Positions 18,972-28,270 of a DNA stretch of 64,000 bases are shown here, piece by piece (within the stretch, counting starts at the first letter, position 1; every line of letters begins with the position of its first letter). Source of the DNA: a virus (lineage: Duplodnaviria > Caudoviricetes); the IMG/VR virus record IMGVR_UViG_3300003320_000853, one strand, 5' to 3'. The translations under genes were made by a program, and so were the position numbers. A model generated the notes under the pieces. That model was not told the DNA's origin, ran no database searches, and was given only the letters and a program-made list of their open reading frames with translations.

Positions 18972-19976
18972 ATGCCCCAGTTCGTCGAACAGTGCCCCGC
19001 CTGCAACAACCCGATCTACCTGGAGGACAATGTCCAGGGGTCGTGCGAATGCCTGGAGGGTGGTCTCCGCCAGCTCCTCGCCCGCAAGCAGCGGGCTCGG
19101 GGTGGCGTCCAGTATGTCGGCCGTGACACCCGTCCCACGATGGCGCGGGTTGCGAGCCAGGCGACACAGAGACCGCAACTTCAAGCCCGCCAACTGCCCG
19201 AGCTCTCTCCCGAGATGTTCCTCTCGAACGGGGCGCTCAGGGAGGTTCAGGCAGCCTCCCAGGTGCTGGGCCCGAGGCCGCCCGCGCCGGTCGATCCTCG
19301 ACGTGTCACGTCCGAGCAATGGGCGACGGGCAGGCACTCGGGCGAGGGGTTCGACCTCGACCTCAGCATGGACAGCGCGATCGAGCAGGCGATGAACGAG
19401 CGTGCTCAGGAGACAGCAGAGCTGGCGTCGTCGATCGCGAATCTGTGGCGGGGCTCCGTGGCCCGCGACATCGGAGAAGACGCGGCGTCGATCGAGTTCA
19501 CCACCAACGAAGACATCTCGTTCGAGCCGCCGGATCTTCCAGTCCGGGCACCTCTTCCCGACCCTCGCAACCCGCGCTTCCGAGTCGATCGTCCGCCTCC
19601 GGGGCCCCCTCCGTTCCGGCGCGAGACCATGAACGCCGACGGGTACGACGTCATCCCGTACGAGGAGACTCCCCGTCCCATGCGTGAGATCGGGCAGGTT
19701 CGTGGTGCGAGGATCCTGACTGACCGGGGCGCTCGCCCCGCTCCGCCCATGAGAGAGGCGGTGACCAACCTGAACGGAGACACATCCAGTCTCCAGGCCA
19801 TCCGGGATCGCGCTCGCACCCACTACTACCCGGAAGGGGTGCAAGCGCCTATCCGCATTCCGGCCAAGGACGCCAACGGCAGGACGGCAGAACAGCGGAT
19901 GGCGGAGCACATGCGGCGGCCCACGGCCTACGAACACCTCGTCCGGTCGGATCCCTTCGAAGACGTCGACTTCTAG
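18972..19976 (+). CDS. Largely disordered Pro/Arg-rich protein with N-terminal Zn knuckle and C-terminal tag (RPTAYEHLVRSDPFEDVDF)
   Basis: CPAC...CEC at N-terminus, tag at C-terminus. Confidence 0.7.
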   Translation: MPQFVEQCPACNNPIYLEDNVQGSCECLEGGLRQLLARKQRARGGVQYVGRDTRPTMARVASQATQRPQLQARQLPELSPEMFLSNGALREVQAASQVLGPRPPAPVDPRRVTSEQWATGRHSGEGFDLDLSMDSAIEQAMNERAQETAELASSIANLWRGSVARDIGEDAASIEFTTNEDISFEPPDLPVRAPLPDPRNPRFRVDRPPPGPPPFRRETMNADGYDVIPYEETPRPMREIGQVRGARILTDRGARPAPPMREAVTNLNGDTSSLQAIRDRARTHYYPEGVQAPIRIPAKDANGRTAEQRMAEHMRRPTAYEHLVRSDPFEDVDF

Positions 19977-20020
19977 CTTTTGGGAATCGAATACGTCCAA
20001 GGCGGTGTAGCTCGCCCGCC

Positions 20021-20473
20021 ATGAGCGAGCAGACTTTCGGGTTCGAGAACATGTCGGAGCGCGAGTTCCGATCGGTCTTCAAGTTGAACATGCTGGCCCA
20101 ATTCGTGGTCGAGAACAGCACGCGAAAGGGATTCCGAGACAAGTTGATGGAGGGCCTCACCGATGCCCAACGGATCGGGCCCCTCGGGCGTCTCCTCAAG
20201 GCCGCCGTGATGACGATCAACGAGGTCGGCGAGCTGATGGAGTTCTGGGAGTCGTTCCGCGCCGGGACGCTCGATCAGCCGTGCGACAAGGCCGCGAAGA
20301 TGGAGGCGCTCGGTCTCCCCGTGCTCACGAACGCCGAGGAGGAGATCGCGGACACGATTATCCGTGCCCTCGACCGAGCCGAGGCACACGGCGTGGACGT
20401 CTGCCGCGCCGTGTGGGCGAAGATGCGCCTCAATTCGTCCCGACCCCATCTTCATGGGGGAAAGGCCGCCTAG
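20021..20473 (+). CDS. MazG-like NTP pyrophosphohydrolase
   Basis: ExxE...EExAD metal motif (EVGELME, EEEIADTIIR) and KMxxNxxRPxxHGGK tail, GGTGTA 11 nt upstream. Confidence 0.82.
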   Translation: MSEQTFGFENMSEREFRSVFKLNMLAQFVVENSTRKGFRDKLMEGLTDAQRIGPLGRLLKAAVMTINEVGELMEFWESFRAGTLDQPCDKAAKMEALGLPVLTNAEEEIADTIIRALDRAEAHGVDVCRAVWAKMRLNSSRPHLHGGKAA

Positions 20474-20477
20474 GGGG

Positions 20478-20681
20478 ATGCCGACCCGCGACTTCAAGCC
20501 GGACGACCGTGTCATCTACGCTCGCGGCGTGAAGGAACCCCTCATTGGTAAGGCAGGGGTCATCCTGGAGATCGACGCCAGCGACGCGCCCCTCATCTAC
20601 GCCAACGTCCAGTTCGACGGCTTGGGATCCTATCTCTGTTGGGTCGGCAATCTCGATCCGGAGCCCGCGCCCACGGTGTAA
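20478..20681 (+). CDS. Small SH3/KOW-like beta-barrel protein
   Basis: FKPDDRV...GKAGVI...VQFD...NL pattern. Confidence 0.55.
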   Translation: MPTRDFKPDDRVIYARGVKEPLIGKAGVILEIDASDAPLIYANVQFDGLGSYLCWVGNLDPEPAPTV

Positions 20682-20690
20682 GATCGGGGC

Positions 20691-21209
20691 ATGCCCAGGC
20701 TCGACAAGCGGCTCCTCACCGAGGTCGCCGAGACCATCCTCGAAGGACGTTCCGCGCTCTTCCTGACCCCTTCAACGCTCGGGGAAACGACCGTCCGCCA
20801 GGAGGTTGCCGATCGCGTGGCCGATCGCTTCCGCAAGGCGTTCATCGAGGCGGCACAGATGCACCGCAACTGCGCCGAGGTGACGGCCAGGAAGCTCCTC
20901 CGGCCGGAGATGAACAACCCTTCCTTCGTGAAGATGGCCGGGCGGGAGACGGGTTGGGTGTTCTTCCACCCGAACGAGGATGTCGTCCATGCGGACGAGG
21001 ATTTCGCGGCGCCGAACTACGTCTACTGGCCCACCGAGGGCGCCGACTACCAGAAGTTCTCGTACCTCTCGTGGCGTCGTGAGCGCCGGTTGAACGTCTG
21101 GCGTCCCGTCCATCTGGAGGGCGCCCTGGCTTGGGAGGATCCCCCTGGTGAGGTCGCCGCCCGTGGGCCGAAGGACGCATGGGCGGCGCTCCTGGAGGAT
21201 GTCTTCTAG
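20691..21209 (+). CDS. Hypothetical protein with C-terminal tag (PKDAWAALLEDVF)
   Basis: GGTGTA 10 nt upstream, tag. Confidence 0.75.
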   Translation: MPRLDKRLLTEVAETILEGRSALFLTPSTLGETTVRQEVADRVADRFRKAFIEAAQMHRNCAEVTARKLLRPEMNNPSFVKMAGRETGWVFFHPNEDVVHADEDFAAPNYVYWPTEGADYQKFSYLSWRRERRLNVWRPVHLEGALAWEDPPGEVAARGPKDAWAALLEDVF

Positions 21210-22222
21210 GCGGCCTTCTTCCAGCCGGTCTCGTCATCGACGAGGGTGATGCGGTAGGTGCCCTTCGGGTTGTCCTTCCGCTGACCGTTGTCGCTCTCGT
21301 TCAGCCAGAAGCGGATGACGAGGCCCGGCGTGTGGTGGAGGAGCCACACGAAGCAGACCCCACTCTCCAGCTCGCGGGTCGCGCACACAGGGCGACCATC
21401 CACGTGCACGAGGATGCTCTCGTCGGCATCCTTGATCCGTCGGTAGTTCTTCGCCGTGCAGTTCGCCGAACGACCGACGCCCTCTCGCTTCGCCGAACGG
21501 ATCGTGGCCGTGCCGACGACGATGTAACGCTTCCCCTCGCACGTGAGCGACTCGATGAAGGGATGCCGCAGGCTCTTCGAGAACCTCTCCGCGACGTCCT
21601 CCAGAGCCGCCTGGAGGGCACTCCGGGGCGACGGCGGCGCCTCGACATCGACCTCATCGAGCAAGAGGTCGATGTCCGCCGGGTCGAGCTTGAGATCGAC
21701 CCGCGGAGCCACGGAGATGCCCGCTCCCTCCAGCGCCTTGGCGACGTCGAGGTGCCCACTCGTGTCGGTGTCGGTCTTGTGCTTCAGGGCCGCATCGAGG
21801 ATCGGCTGCGGGTTCGGGTAGAAGGCCGGCGAGGTCGGGAGCTGTGTACCCCGCATGTCGTAGCTCTTCTCGAAGAGCTCCCGCGTCCGCTTCAGCTCGG
21901 CCTCGACCGTCTGCTCGGTGAGGGGCGCCTCATCGACGACGAAGGCCGAAAATTTGTCCGCCAGCTTCTGGCCCGGAGAAGACTCCGAAGTCTCCGGCTC
22001 GGACTTCTTCAGCCCGAGCGGGTAGAGCCACCCGAGCACCTCGCCCACATGACGGAGCACCTCCGCCGGGTTCTTCTTCGCGGTGTCCGTCTCGTTCACA
22101 CGCTCCGTGAACCGCTTCGTGAGCGGCTCGATCTTCTCGCCCGGGATCGCGTTCGTGTCGACGATCGCCTGGAGAAGAGCCTTGAGCAGAAACGAGTTCG
22201 CACCGCCACTGATCTTTGCCAT
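21206..22222 (-). CDS. Hypothetical protein
   Basis: GAGGTG RBS, GC3-rich codons. Confidence 0.7.
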   Translation of the reverse strand: MAKISGGANSFLLKALLQAIVDTNAIPGEKIEPLTKRFTERVNETDTAKKNPAEVLRHVGEVLGWLYPLGLKKSEPETSESSPGQKLADKFSAFVVDEAPLTEQTVEAELKRTRELFEKSYDMRGTQLPTSPAFYPNPQPILDAALKHKTDTDTSGHLDVAKALEGAGISVAPRVDLKLDPADIDLLLDEVDVEAPPSPRSALQAALEDVAERFSKSLRHPFIESLTCEGKRYIVVGTATIRSAKREGVGRSANCTAKNYRRIKDADESILVHVDGRPVCATRELESGVCFVWLLHHTPGLVIRFWLNESDNGQRKDNPKGTYRITLVDDETGWKKAA

Positions 22223-22342
22223 GGCACACCTCTCGGTTGTGGTTCCCCCGGCCCTCCTCTGAGCGACCGAAGGTGGCGGGCCCTCCTCTGAGAGCCAACC
22301 TGCCCAAAGTCTACACCGAGAAAGTCTGCGCCCTGGACGAAA

Positions 22343-22552
22343 TCAGAGGTCGTCATCTTCGAGAAGATGCTGCCAGGCGGTCGCCGGACGATCTCGATGC
22401 CAAGTCGGTTGTACGTGCGGTTGGCATGCGAAAAAAGTCCGTGGTGGCTCGTTGCTTCGACGCTGCAACCCACAATCCGCACAGAGAAAATACTCTGTCT
22501 TCGTCCCTTGGTCGTAGACGACCCGCCATTGCTCCCAGCGGTGGGGCTTCAT
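22343..22552 (-). CDS. Small Zn-binding protein with C-terminal tag (PATAWQHLLEDDL)
   Basis: HxW..CADCG..C, ATGA overlap with upstream gene. Confidence 0.65.
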   Translation of the reverse strand: MKPHRWEQWRVVYDQGTKTEYFLCADCGLQRRSNEPPRTFFACQPHVQPTWHRDRPATAWQHLLEDDDL

Positions 22553-23076
22553 CCAAACGGATCTTCGTCGAGGATGACGTCGTGCCAGGTCGGGATGTTC
22601 GGAGGCCGGGTGAGCGGCTCGTAGCCCACGAGAAGGTGCGGGATCGAGATGCTGATCGTCTCCTTGGACTCGACGTGCGTGAGGACAACGAGCGGTGCTG
22701 CGTCCGACCCCTTCACGGCCGTGACCTTGTAGACCGCCGCGTGATGCTTGCGGCGGGCCCACTCGCCGACCTTGAAGCCGTTCGAAAGCACAGGCGGAGG
22801 CGGCCGATGAAGCTCGGCCAGAGGAGAACCCATCGGCCGGGCCGGCGGGTTCGTGGCGGGGTAGCGCAGGTTCAGACCTCGAAGTTCGTGCCGCTCCGGC
22901 TGGTAGTGCCCGAGCCGGAACTCGACGGCCACCTCGATGATGTGCGGGTTGTCCTCGGCCGTCTGCCAGGAGACGTTCTGCACATGAGGGTCCGCTTCCA
23001 GATCGATGAAGATGCGCCGAACCTGGAAGAGATCCGATGCCGGAAAGGCGAGGTTCCACACGAGAGTCTCGGGCAT
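22549..23076 (-). CDS. Hypothetical protein with C-terminal tag (PTWHDVILDEDPFG)
   Basis: GGTGTA 10 nt before ATG 23076. Confidence 0.75.
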   Translation of the reverse strand: MPETLVWNLAFPASDLFQVRRIFIDLEADPHVQNVSWQTAEDNPHIIEVAVEFRLGHYQPERHELRGLNLRYPATNPPARPMGSPLAELHRPPPPVLSNGFKVGEWARRKHHAAVYKVTAVKGSDAAPLVVLTHVESKETISISIPHLLVGYEPLTRPPNIPTWHDVILDEDPFG

Positions 23077-23102
23077 CACCAAAGACTACACCGTGGGGAT
23101 CC

Positions 23103-23483
23103 CTAGAGCACGTCCTCGTCCAACCTCTGCCAGGACGTCGGACGGCCTTCGGCTTCGAGTTGGCTGGCCTTGGTCTCCAGCTTGTGGCGGACTGCCGCCA
23201 CATCGGCGGTCAACTTGTCGATGGCCGTCGTGACGAGGGCGTTCAGATTCTCCTGTTGGGCACGGATCAGCTCATGCTGTTGCTGCATGGTGTGGAGCGC
23301 CGCCTCGCGCTCCCGAATGAGCCGGGAGAGCGTGTCGTACGGGTTGCGATCCTCGGGACTCTGATGAGGGACGATCTGTTCGAGAAGGCGGCCGTACGGC
23401 GTCCTCAAGACGTCAGGTCCGATGATCCAAAGGAAGATCGTGTCGAAGATCCAGAGGGAGATCCTAGATCGGATCCTTTGCAT
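23103..23483 (-). CDS. Coiled-coil protein with C-terminal tag (RPTSWQRLDEDVL)
   Basis: Start uncertain (23483 or upstream), heptad repeats, tag. Confidence 0.6.
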   Translation of the reverse strand: MQRIRSRISLWIFDTIFLWIIGPDVLRTPYGRLLEQIVPHQSPEDRNPYDTLSRLIREREAALHTMQQQHELIRAQQENLNALVTTAIDKLTADVAAVRHKLETKASQLEAEGRPTSWQRLDEDVL

Positions 23484-23745
23484 CCGGTACAGGAGCCATC
23501 GGCTGAATTCCTTCTGTCGGAGAGCTCTCCGAAGGGTTCTCCCAGGCATGGTCATTCCTCGCGTAGGGATCGTGTCGCCGCGACCCAGGTTCAGGGCAGG
23601 GACCGTTCTGGCACTCGGGGCGCTCGCACACGGTGCCGAGCGCCGGGTTGTTCTCGGAGTGAATCGCGCAGCAATACTCGCGCTTGTCTTCGGCCCCACA
23701 GTCGAGGCACCATGCCCCGGGCCATCCGCTCCATCGGTGCGTCAT
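23464..23745 (-). CDS. Small Cys-rich protein
   Basis: HRWSGWPGAWCLDCG..CC..C..C..C, ATGA overlap. Confidence 0.55.
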   Translation of the reverse strand: MTHRWSGWPGAWCLDCGAEDKREYCCAIHSENNPALGTVCERPECQNGPCPEPGSRRHDPYARNDHAWENPSESSPTEGIQPMAPVPDAKDPI

Positions 23746-24131
23746 CCGAAGGGTTCCTCTCTGAGAAGAGGGGACACGACAACATCATCGGGCACGACTC
23801 TCTTCCCAGCATCTGCCGGAACGACCCCGATGTTCCATGCGGAATCGTGTGGGCTTTCCCCTACCACGATCGAGAGCAGGGTCGCGTTCAGAGTCTTGAA
23901 AGCAGCCATGATGTCGTCGACGACCACGGAGGCCGCCCGCTTTTCCCCCACGGGCTCCACAGCCTTTTCAAGCTTGAGCGCAATGATGGAGCAGAGGGAG
24001 TTGTCCCAGTGCGTCGTCTTGTTGTCACAGGATAGGGTTGAGACGACATACCCTTGATGGATGAGCTGCGTGATGAGTCCCGGCTCGCTGGCTGGCGTAG
24101 GCACCGTGACCCACAGATAGAAGGTCTTCAT
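23742..24131 (-). CDS. Hypothetical protein, paralog of 24128-24511, ends SPLLREEPFG
   Basis: Shared L(I/L)xxGYxVS, LEK/VEK, SI(V/I)V and C-terminus. Confidence 0.65.
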   Translation of the reverse strand: MKTFYLWVTVPTPASEPGLITQLIHQGYVVSTLSCDNKTTHWDNSLCSIIALKLEKAVEPVGEKRAASVVVDDIMAAFKTLNATLLSIVVGESPHDSAWNIGVVPADAGKRVVPDDVVVSPLLREEPFG

Positions 24132-24511
24132 CCGAACGGTTCCTCGGTGAGGATGGGCGAAATCGGATCCGCTGGCAGGGACTCGATGTTGGTGTTCTCC
24201 CAGATGGTGTGTTCCCCAACCTGGACGATGATCGAGTGCCACCGGGCGCGCATATCCTTGAGAGCGCGGATCACGTCCGCGAGAACGACGTCACGCTCGT
24301 CAGGCTCTTCCTCTTCGATCCCGTCGTAGTCTTCGTCATCGAACTCCTTCTCGACGTCGAAAACGGCCAATGCCGATGCGGGGCCGGAGGATACGATCGT
24401 GTTGCTGGTTGGAGAGACAGCGTACCCACGGCGAAGGAGCCTGGACAGGAGGCCGTCGACATAGGCATCCGTGACGAGGGTTGCATAGACGGTGGCGGAG
24501 GTCTTGGCCAT
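24128..24511 (-). CDS. Hypothetical protein, paralog of 23742-24131, ends SPILTEEPFG
   Basis: CGTGTA variant 9 nt upstream. Confidence 0.7.
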   Translation of the reverse strand: MAKTSATVYATLVTDAYVDGLLSRLLRRGYAVSPTSNTIVSSGPASALAVFDVEKEFDDEDYDGIEEEEPDERDVVLADVIRALKDMRARWHSIIVQVGEHTIWENTNIESLPADPISPILTEEPFG

Positions 24512-24580
24512 GGGCTTCTCTACACGGCGACGGCGAAGATGTGGACGGCCGCGGGACCGTCCACATCTCGCGGGGAGGGA

Positions 24581-25756
24581 TCAGAAGGAGTCGGAACCGC
24601 CGCCGGAATCGAAGGAACCGCCGGAGTCGGAGGAGCTGCCGAAGTCCGAGGAACCTCCCGAGCTACCGGAGTCGTAGGAGGTGCTGCTCCCCGAATCGTA
24701 GGACGGGCTCGGGTCATACGACGGCGCCGGGGAAGGCGTCGTGTCGTAGCTGGAGGAACCGCCGCCCGCGTCATTGGAGCCCGAGCCGCCCCACGTGGAG
24801 GCGCTGCCGCCGGAATCGTAGGACGGGGCCGGAGCCGAGTAGGGGCGGTCGCGCTCCACGTAGACCTCGCGCTCGCGGACGACCGTGTCGTGGTGGTGAT
24901 CGTGGAGCATCTCGCCCACGAGCATGCCCTCGACGAACCCGTTGCCACTGTTTCCTCCACCGTTCACGACGACGGTCGAGGGGGCAGGGGAGACCACGAC
25001 GGGCGCCGGGGCGGCCACGTAGCCGGAGCGTACCGGGGCGGCATAGGAACCGCTGGCCACGGGGATCGGAACCGCGACCCGAGACGGACTTGTTCTCACG
25101 GCATCGTCACCGCTCCAGCGATCCTCGCGGATGTTGCGGCTCGCGAGCGCACCCATCTCGTTGGTGTTGTCGTCGAGGGCCCGCTGGAAGCGGGCGGCGT
25201 CACGCTGCGACTTGCGGTACACGCGGACGGCGACCCAGACGAGGAAGCCGGCGCTGAGGAGGATGAGCGTCCACCCCCAGAAGCCGAGCCCCTCGTGCAC
25301 GACGATGGGGGCCTGCGGTGCGACCGCGCCGGTTCCGATGGTGGTCCGGGCCGAAGCATCCGCCCGGGCGCCGATCATCTCGATGCCGGTCTCCCAGCGG
25401 CTCGCACGGAAGGCGTCGTTGCCGGAGGCGGAGATCGCGTCGAAATCCCCCGACCGCACGTTCGTGCCGTTGCCGAAGCGGGTGATGATGCTGTGGTGCT
25501 GGGGGTCGAGGGCGATGACCACGACGTTCGGGGCGTCGACCCAGGCATGCGCCCGGCTCTCCAGGGACGCCTTGGAAGGCGCCACGGTGACCAGGACGTG
25601 GGTGTCGAACGACCAGCGGGACGCCGTGGCCTGGAGGGCGGAGACGTCCGAGGAAGACAGGAGGTGCGCCTCGTCGGTCACCTGGAGGCGTCCGGCGAAG
25701 GCCATGGTTGTCCAAAGGACGACTGCGAGGGCGAACGGAATTGCCTTGAGTCTCAT
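24581..25756 (-). CDS. TPM(DUF477)-like membrane protein with Gly/Ser/Asp low-complexity tail
   Basis: Signal peptide, VTDEAHLLS start of a TPM-like domain, one TM helix, SGGSFDSGGGSDSF tail, GGTGTA 10 nt upstream. Confidence 0.7.
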   Translation of the reverse strand: MRLKAIPFALAVVLWTTMAFAGRLQVTDEAHLLSSSDVSALQATASRWSFDTHVLVTVAPSKASLESRAHAWVDAPNVVVIALDPQHHSIITRFGNGTNVRSGDFDAISASGNDAFRASRWETGIEMIGARADASARTTIGTGAVAPQAPIVVHEGLGFWGWTLILLSAGFLVWVAVRVYRKSQRDAARFQRALDDNTNEMGALASRNIREDRWSGDDAVRTSPSRVAVPIPVASGSYAAPVRSGYVAAPAPVVVSPAPSTVVVNGGGNSGNGFVEGMLVGEMLHDHHHDTVVREREVYVERDRPYSAPAPSYDSGGSASTWGGSGSNDAGGGSSSYDTTPSPAPSYDPSPSYDSGSSTSYDSGSSGGSSDFGSSSDSGGSFDSGGGSDSF

Positions 25757-25765
25757 GCCCCCATC

Positions 25766-26920
25766 TTACACCGGCATTCCGTGGATCTCCCGGTCGAGCG
25801 CGTCAAGACTCTTCTCCACATCCCCGATACCTCCACGATAGCCGAGCGTGTAAGGGACCTTGGCTGCCAGGCAGGCTTCCATGATCTTGCGGCTTGTCGG
25901 GTGTCCCACGAGACCTTCCAGGATGATGATCGCGCTGATCCCCCCGGTCTTGATCCTCTGGACGATGCTGGCCGTCGAGCGCGGTCCCCCGTTGTTGATC
26001 GCGAGCCATTCGGCCTGGATGTTGAACCGTTCCTTGATCGTGCGGAGCTTCTCAGGCTTCTCGATCCCCCCGGCGATCACCAGGGGTTTGTTCTGAAGCT
26101 GCCGGCGGAGGTCGGGCCACTCGGTTGGAGCAGGCGGGGCATCGTCGATCGCCTCGTCGTCTACGCTCTCGTACCCGGCCATCTTCTCGCGGGACTCCCG
26201 AGCGATCCGCTCCCAGTCGTCGATGTGATCCTTCGCAAGACCGCGGACGTAGTTGTGGGGGCAGCTCTCGGCCCGGATCTTGGTGAGCATGGGGATGGTT
26301 TTTTCGAGCTGCCAAAAGAGAGGGTGCGTCCCGGGAATCTTGACGAGGAGCTGTCGCACCTCGGCTGTAAGCGCCTGGATGTGGGCGGCGATCTGGATCG
26401 GGGGTCTCGGCTTGAGATCCGACGTCGCCAAGTCCTCGATTTCTTCGATGATCCGCTGTGCCCAGGATGCCAGGATCCGGTCCTCGGCGGACGGCTCGGG
26501 ATCTTCATCTGTGGGGGCGTCGGCGACTTTGGAGGGGATCGATCTCGGAGGCGATGGGGGCGGCGGAGGCGGAGGTGTCTTGGAGGCAGGCTCAGGTTCG
26601 TGGACGATGCGGAGGACAGCAGGTTCACCGCCGATCAACTCCAGGAGGTCGAGGAGCGCCCCTCGAAGCTTGGGGCGCTCCTCTTCGAGCGCCCGTGTAG
26701 GTGTTGGAGCTTCCTGGTTGACCGCCGATAGCATGGCGGCGAGCACTCGTTGTTGGGCATCTTCTCGAAAGACCGTCTCGAAGGATGTCAAGCGCGAGCG
26801 GAGGGTCGCCACTCGCTCGGTAACCGGCCTCACTTCGGCTTGAACCCTCGCATCGCAGGCATTCTGTAGAACCACCGCAAGTTCCATGGGAAATCCTCCT
26901 CCCGTCGATGACGGATCCAT
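25766..26920 (-). CDS. Protein with C-terminal DUF2325-like domain
   Basis: LVIAGG...IIILEGLVGHP..KVPY pattern, GGTGTA 10 nt upstream. Confidence 0.6.
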   Translation of the reverse strand: MDPSSTGGGFPMELAVVLQNACDARVQAEVRPVTERVATLRSRLTSFETVFREDAQQRVLAAMLSAVNQEAPTPTRALEEERPKLRGALLDLLELIGGEPAVLRIVHEPEPASKTPPPPPPPSPPRSIPSKVADAPTDEDPEPSAEDRILASWAQRIIEEIEDLATSDLKPRPPIQIAAHIQALTAEVRQLLVKIPGTHPLFWQLEKTIPMLTKIRAESCPHNYVRGLAKDHIDDWERIARESREKMAGYESVDDEAIDDAPPAPTEWPDLRRQLQNKPLVIAGGIEKPEKLRTIKERFNIQAEWLAINNGGPRSTASIVQRIKTGGISAIIILEGLVGHPTSRKIMEACLAAKVPYTLGYRGGIGDVEKSLDALDREIHGMPV

Positions 26921-26930
26921 CTTGCTCCAT

Positions 26931-26947
26931 TACACCAGCCCGGTGTA
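26931..26947. promoter_or_regulatory. Divergent GGTGTA promoter pair
   Basis: TACACC 26931-26936 (10 nt to ATG 26920) and GGTGTA 26942-26947 (12 nt to ATG 26960). Confidence 0.7.
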
Positions 26948-26959
26948 GGACATGCGCCG

Positions 26960-27379
26960 ATGACCCTGATGGAAGATAACGATCTCGTTAGCTATTGGGA
27001 GGATCTCCCTCGACCTCCCCCACCCCCTCCACTCCCTCAAGAACCTGTGACCGTTGGCGTGCTGTGGCTCGGCCTGGCCAACGGAGACATCGAGATCGCT
27101 ACCGACTGGTATTCCAGGATCCCCGTACATATTCAGCCCTCAGAAGACCGGCTCCTGTTCCGGGGGACATGGCAGAAACCTGTGGGTGCGCCCGCGACCA
27201 TGAACCGGCTCGGCCTCTGGTCGACACGCACGAATGGAGAGCTGGTCTACTGGAAGGACGTAGACCCCGTTATCCTCACAGCGACGGATGGGATGGAAAT
27301 TACACTGACTATACAGGACAACCCCATGGGGCAGCCGGTCTCCTTCCGGCGGATGCTCAAGAAGATGGGGCTTCTGTGA
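26960..27379 (+). CDS. Hypothetical protein with N-terminal tag (EDNDLVSYWEDLPRPPPP)
   Basis: Tag and promoter motif. Confidence 0.7.
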   Translation: MTLMEDNDLVSYWEDLPRPPPPPPLPQEPVTVGVLWLGLANGDIEIATDWYSRIPVHIQPSEDRLLFRGTWQKPVGAPATMNRLGLWSTRTNGELVYWKDVDPVILTATDGMEITLTIQDNPMGQPVSFRRMLKKMGLL

Positions 27380-27654
27380 GCACCGATCGCCAGGTTCTCG
27401 TCGCGCTTCTCTCGCTCCCGCCGGGCAAGCTGACGTCTGGGGAGAAGCTCGCCTTCCAACAGTGGGTCGACGACCTTGACAGCGGTGTGGTCTCGCTGTC
27501 GAGAAAGCAGAGGGCGTGGGCTCACATGGTCTTCGTCAAGCACGGGCTGGACAAGGGCGAGCGCCCGCCGCCGAAGCCCATCAAGGGACGCGTGAAAGAT
27601 GAGCATCCTCTCGATCGGATGCCGAAGCCTCTCAAACCCCCAGGAAGGAAATGA
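27376..27654 (+). CDS. Small hypothetical protein
   Basis: GTGA overlap upstream, ATGA overlap downstream. Confidence 0.6.
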   Translation: MSTDRQVLVALLSLPPGKLTSGEKLAFQQWVDDLDSGVVSLSRKQRAWAHMVFVKHGLDKGERPPPKPIKGRVKDEHPLDRMPKPLKPPGRK

Positions 27655-28040
27655 GCATGAAACTCGTCAGAGTCACCGATCAGGAGGAGCTTGCCGAGAA
27701 CATCCCTCTCGAAAGCATCCTCTTCGTCTCGTACCTCAACAAGATCCTCGCCGCCGACCGTACGGCGGTCACACAGCTCATCGACCATGCCGTGCCCGTG
27801 GACATCGAGGGGATCGAGGCGGCGTTCCCCAACCTCGTGGTCAGGGAGACTCTGACCACGAACGGCGAGAACAAGGTCGCCCGAGAGCAGGACAGACACT
27901 TCGCCGCCCACCTGAGCGGTCTCGGGCTCATCTCGGGCTTCGTGAACACGAACAAGTACCGCGTCTACGCCGAGTTCCCGAACGACGAGCCCCCCTACGG
28001 GGACATCACCCACTTCGGGTGGTTCCGCGTCGAGGACTAG
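27651..28040 (+). CDS. Hypothetical protein
   Basis: Coupled ORF, GC3-rich. Confidence 0.7.
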   Translation: MSMKLVRVTDQEELAENIPLESILFVSYLNKILAADRTAVTQLIDHAVPVDIEGIEAAFPNLVVRETLTTNGENKVAREQDRHFAAHLSGLGLISGFVNTNKYRVYAEFPNDEPPYGDITHFGWFRVED

Positions 28041-28042
28041 CC

Positions 28043-28270
28043 GTGAGCGCCTTCGAGGTCATCGGCCACCGGACATCCGAGACTTGCCCCTACTGCAAGA
28101 GGCCGACGTTCTGTGACGACTGTGGCATCTGCGCGGACTGCGGATTCAGTGCTCCCTTCGTGCTGCCCCAGCCCGATCCGCCGGCTCCCCGAAACGCTTG
28201 CCCGGAGTGCGAGGGCACGATGCTCCACAGTCGCACATGCTCCGTGACGGCCCGCTCCCTCGCGAACTAG
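28043..28270 (+). CDS. Small Cys-rich Zn-finger protein
   Basis: CPYC, CDDC, CADC, CPEC..H..C. Confidence 0.6.
   Translation: MSAFEVIGHRTSETCPYCKRPTFCDDCGICADCGFSAPFVLPQPDPPAPRNACPECEGTMLHSRTCSVTARSLAN

Noticed and set aside
24581-24840. Short tandem-like repeats resembling an array
   Set aside because: They encode the SYDSG/GGS low-complexity tail of the TPM-like protein, with no constant repeat-spacer structure.
24209-26731. Very long alternative ORFs (840 aa here, also 33477-35219, 40090-41661, 41299-43167, 56431-57963)
   Set aside because: These are antisense or off-frame shadows typical of high-GC DNA. They are Arg/Gly/Pro-rich, lack motifs, and overlap better-supported genes.
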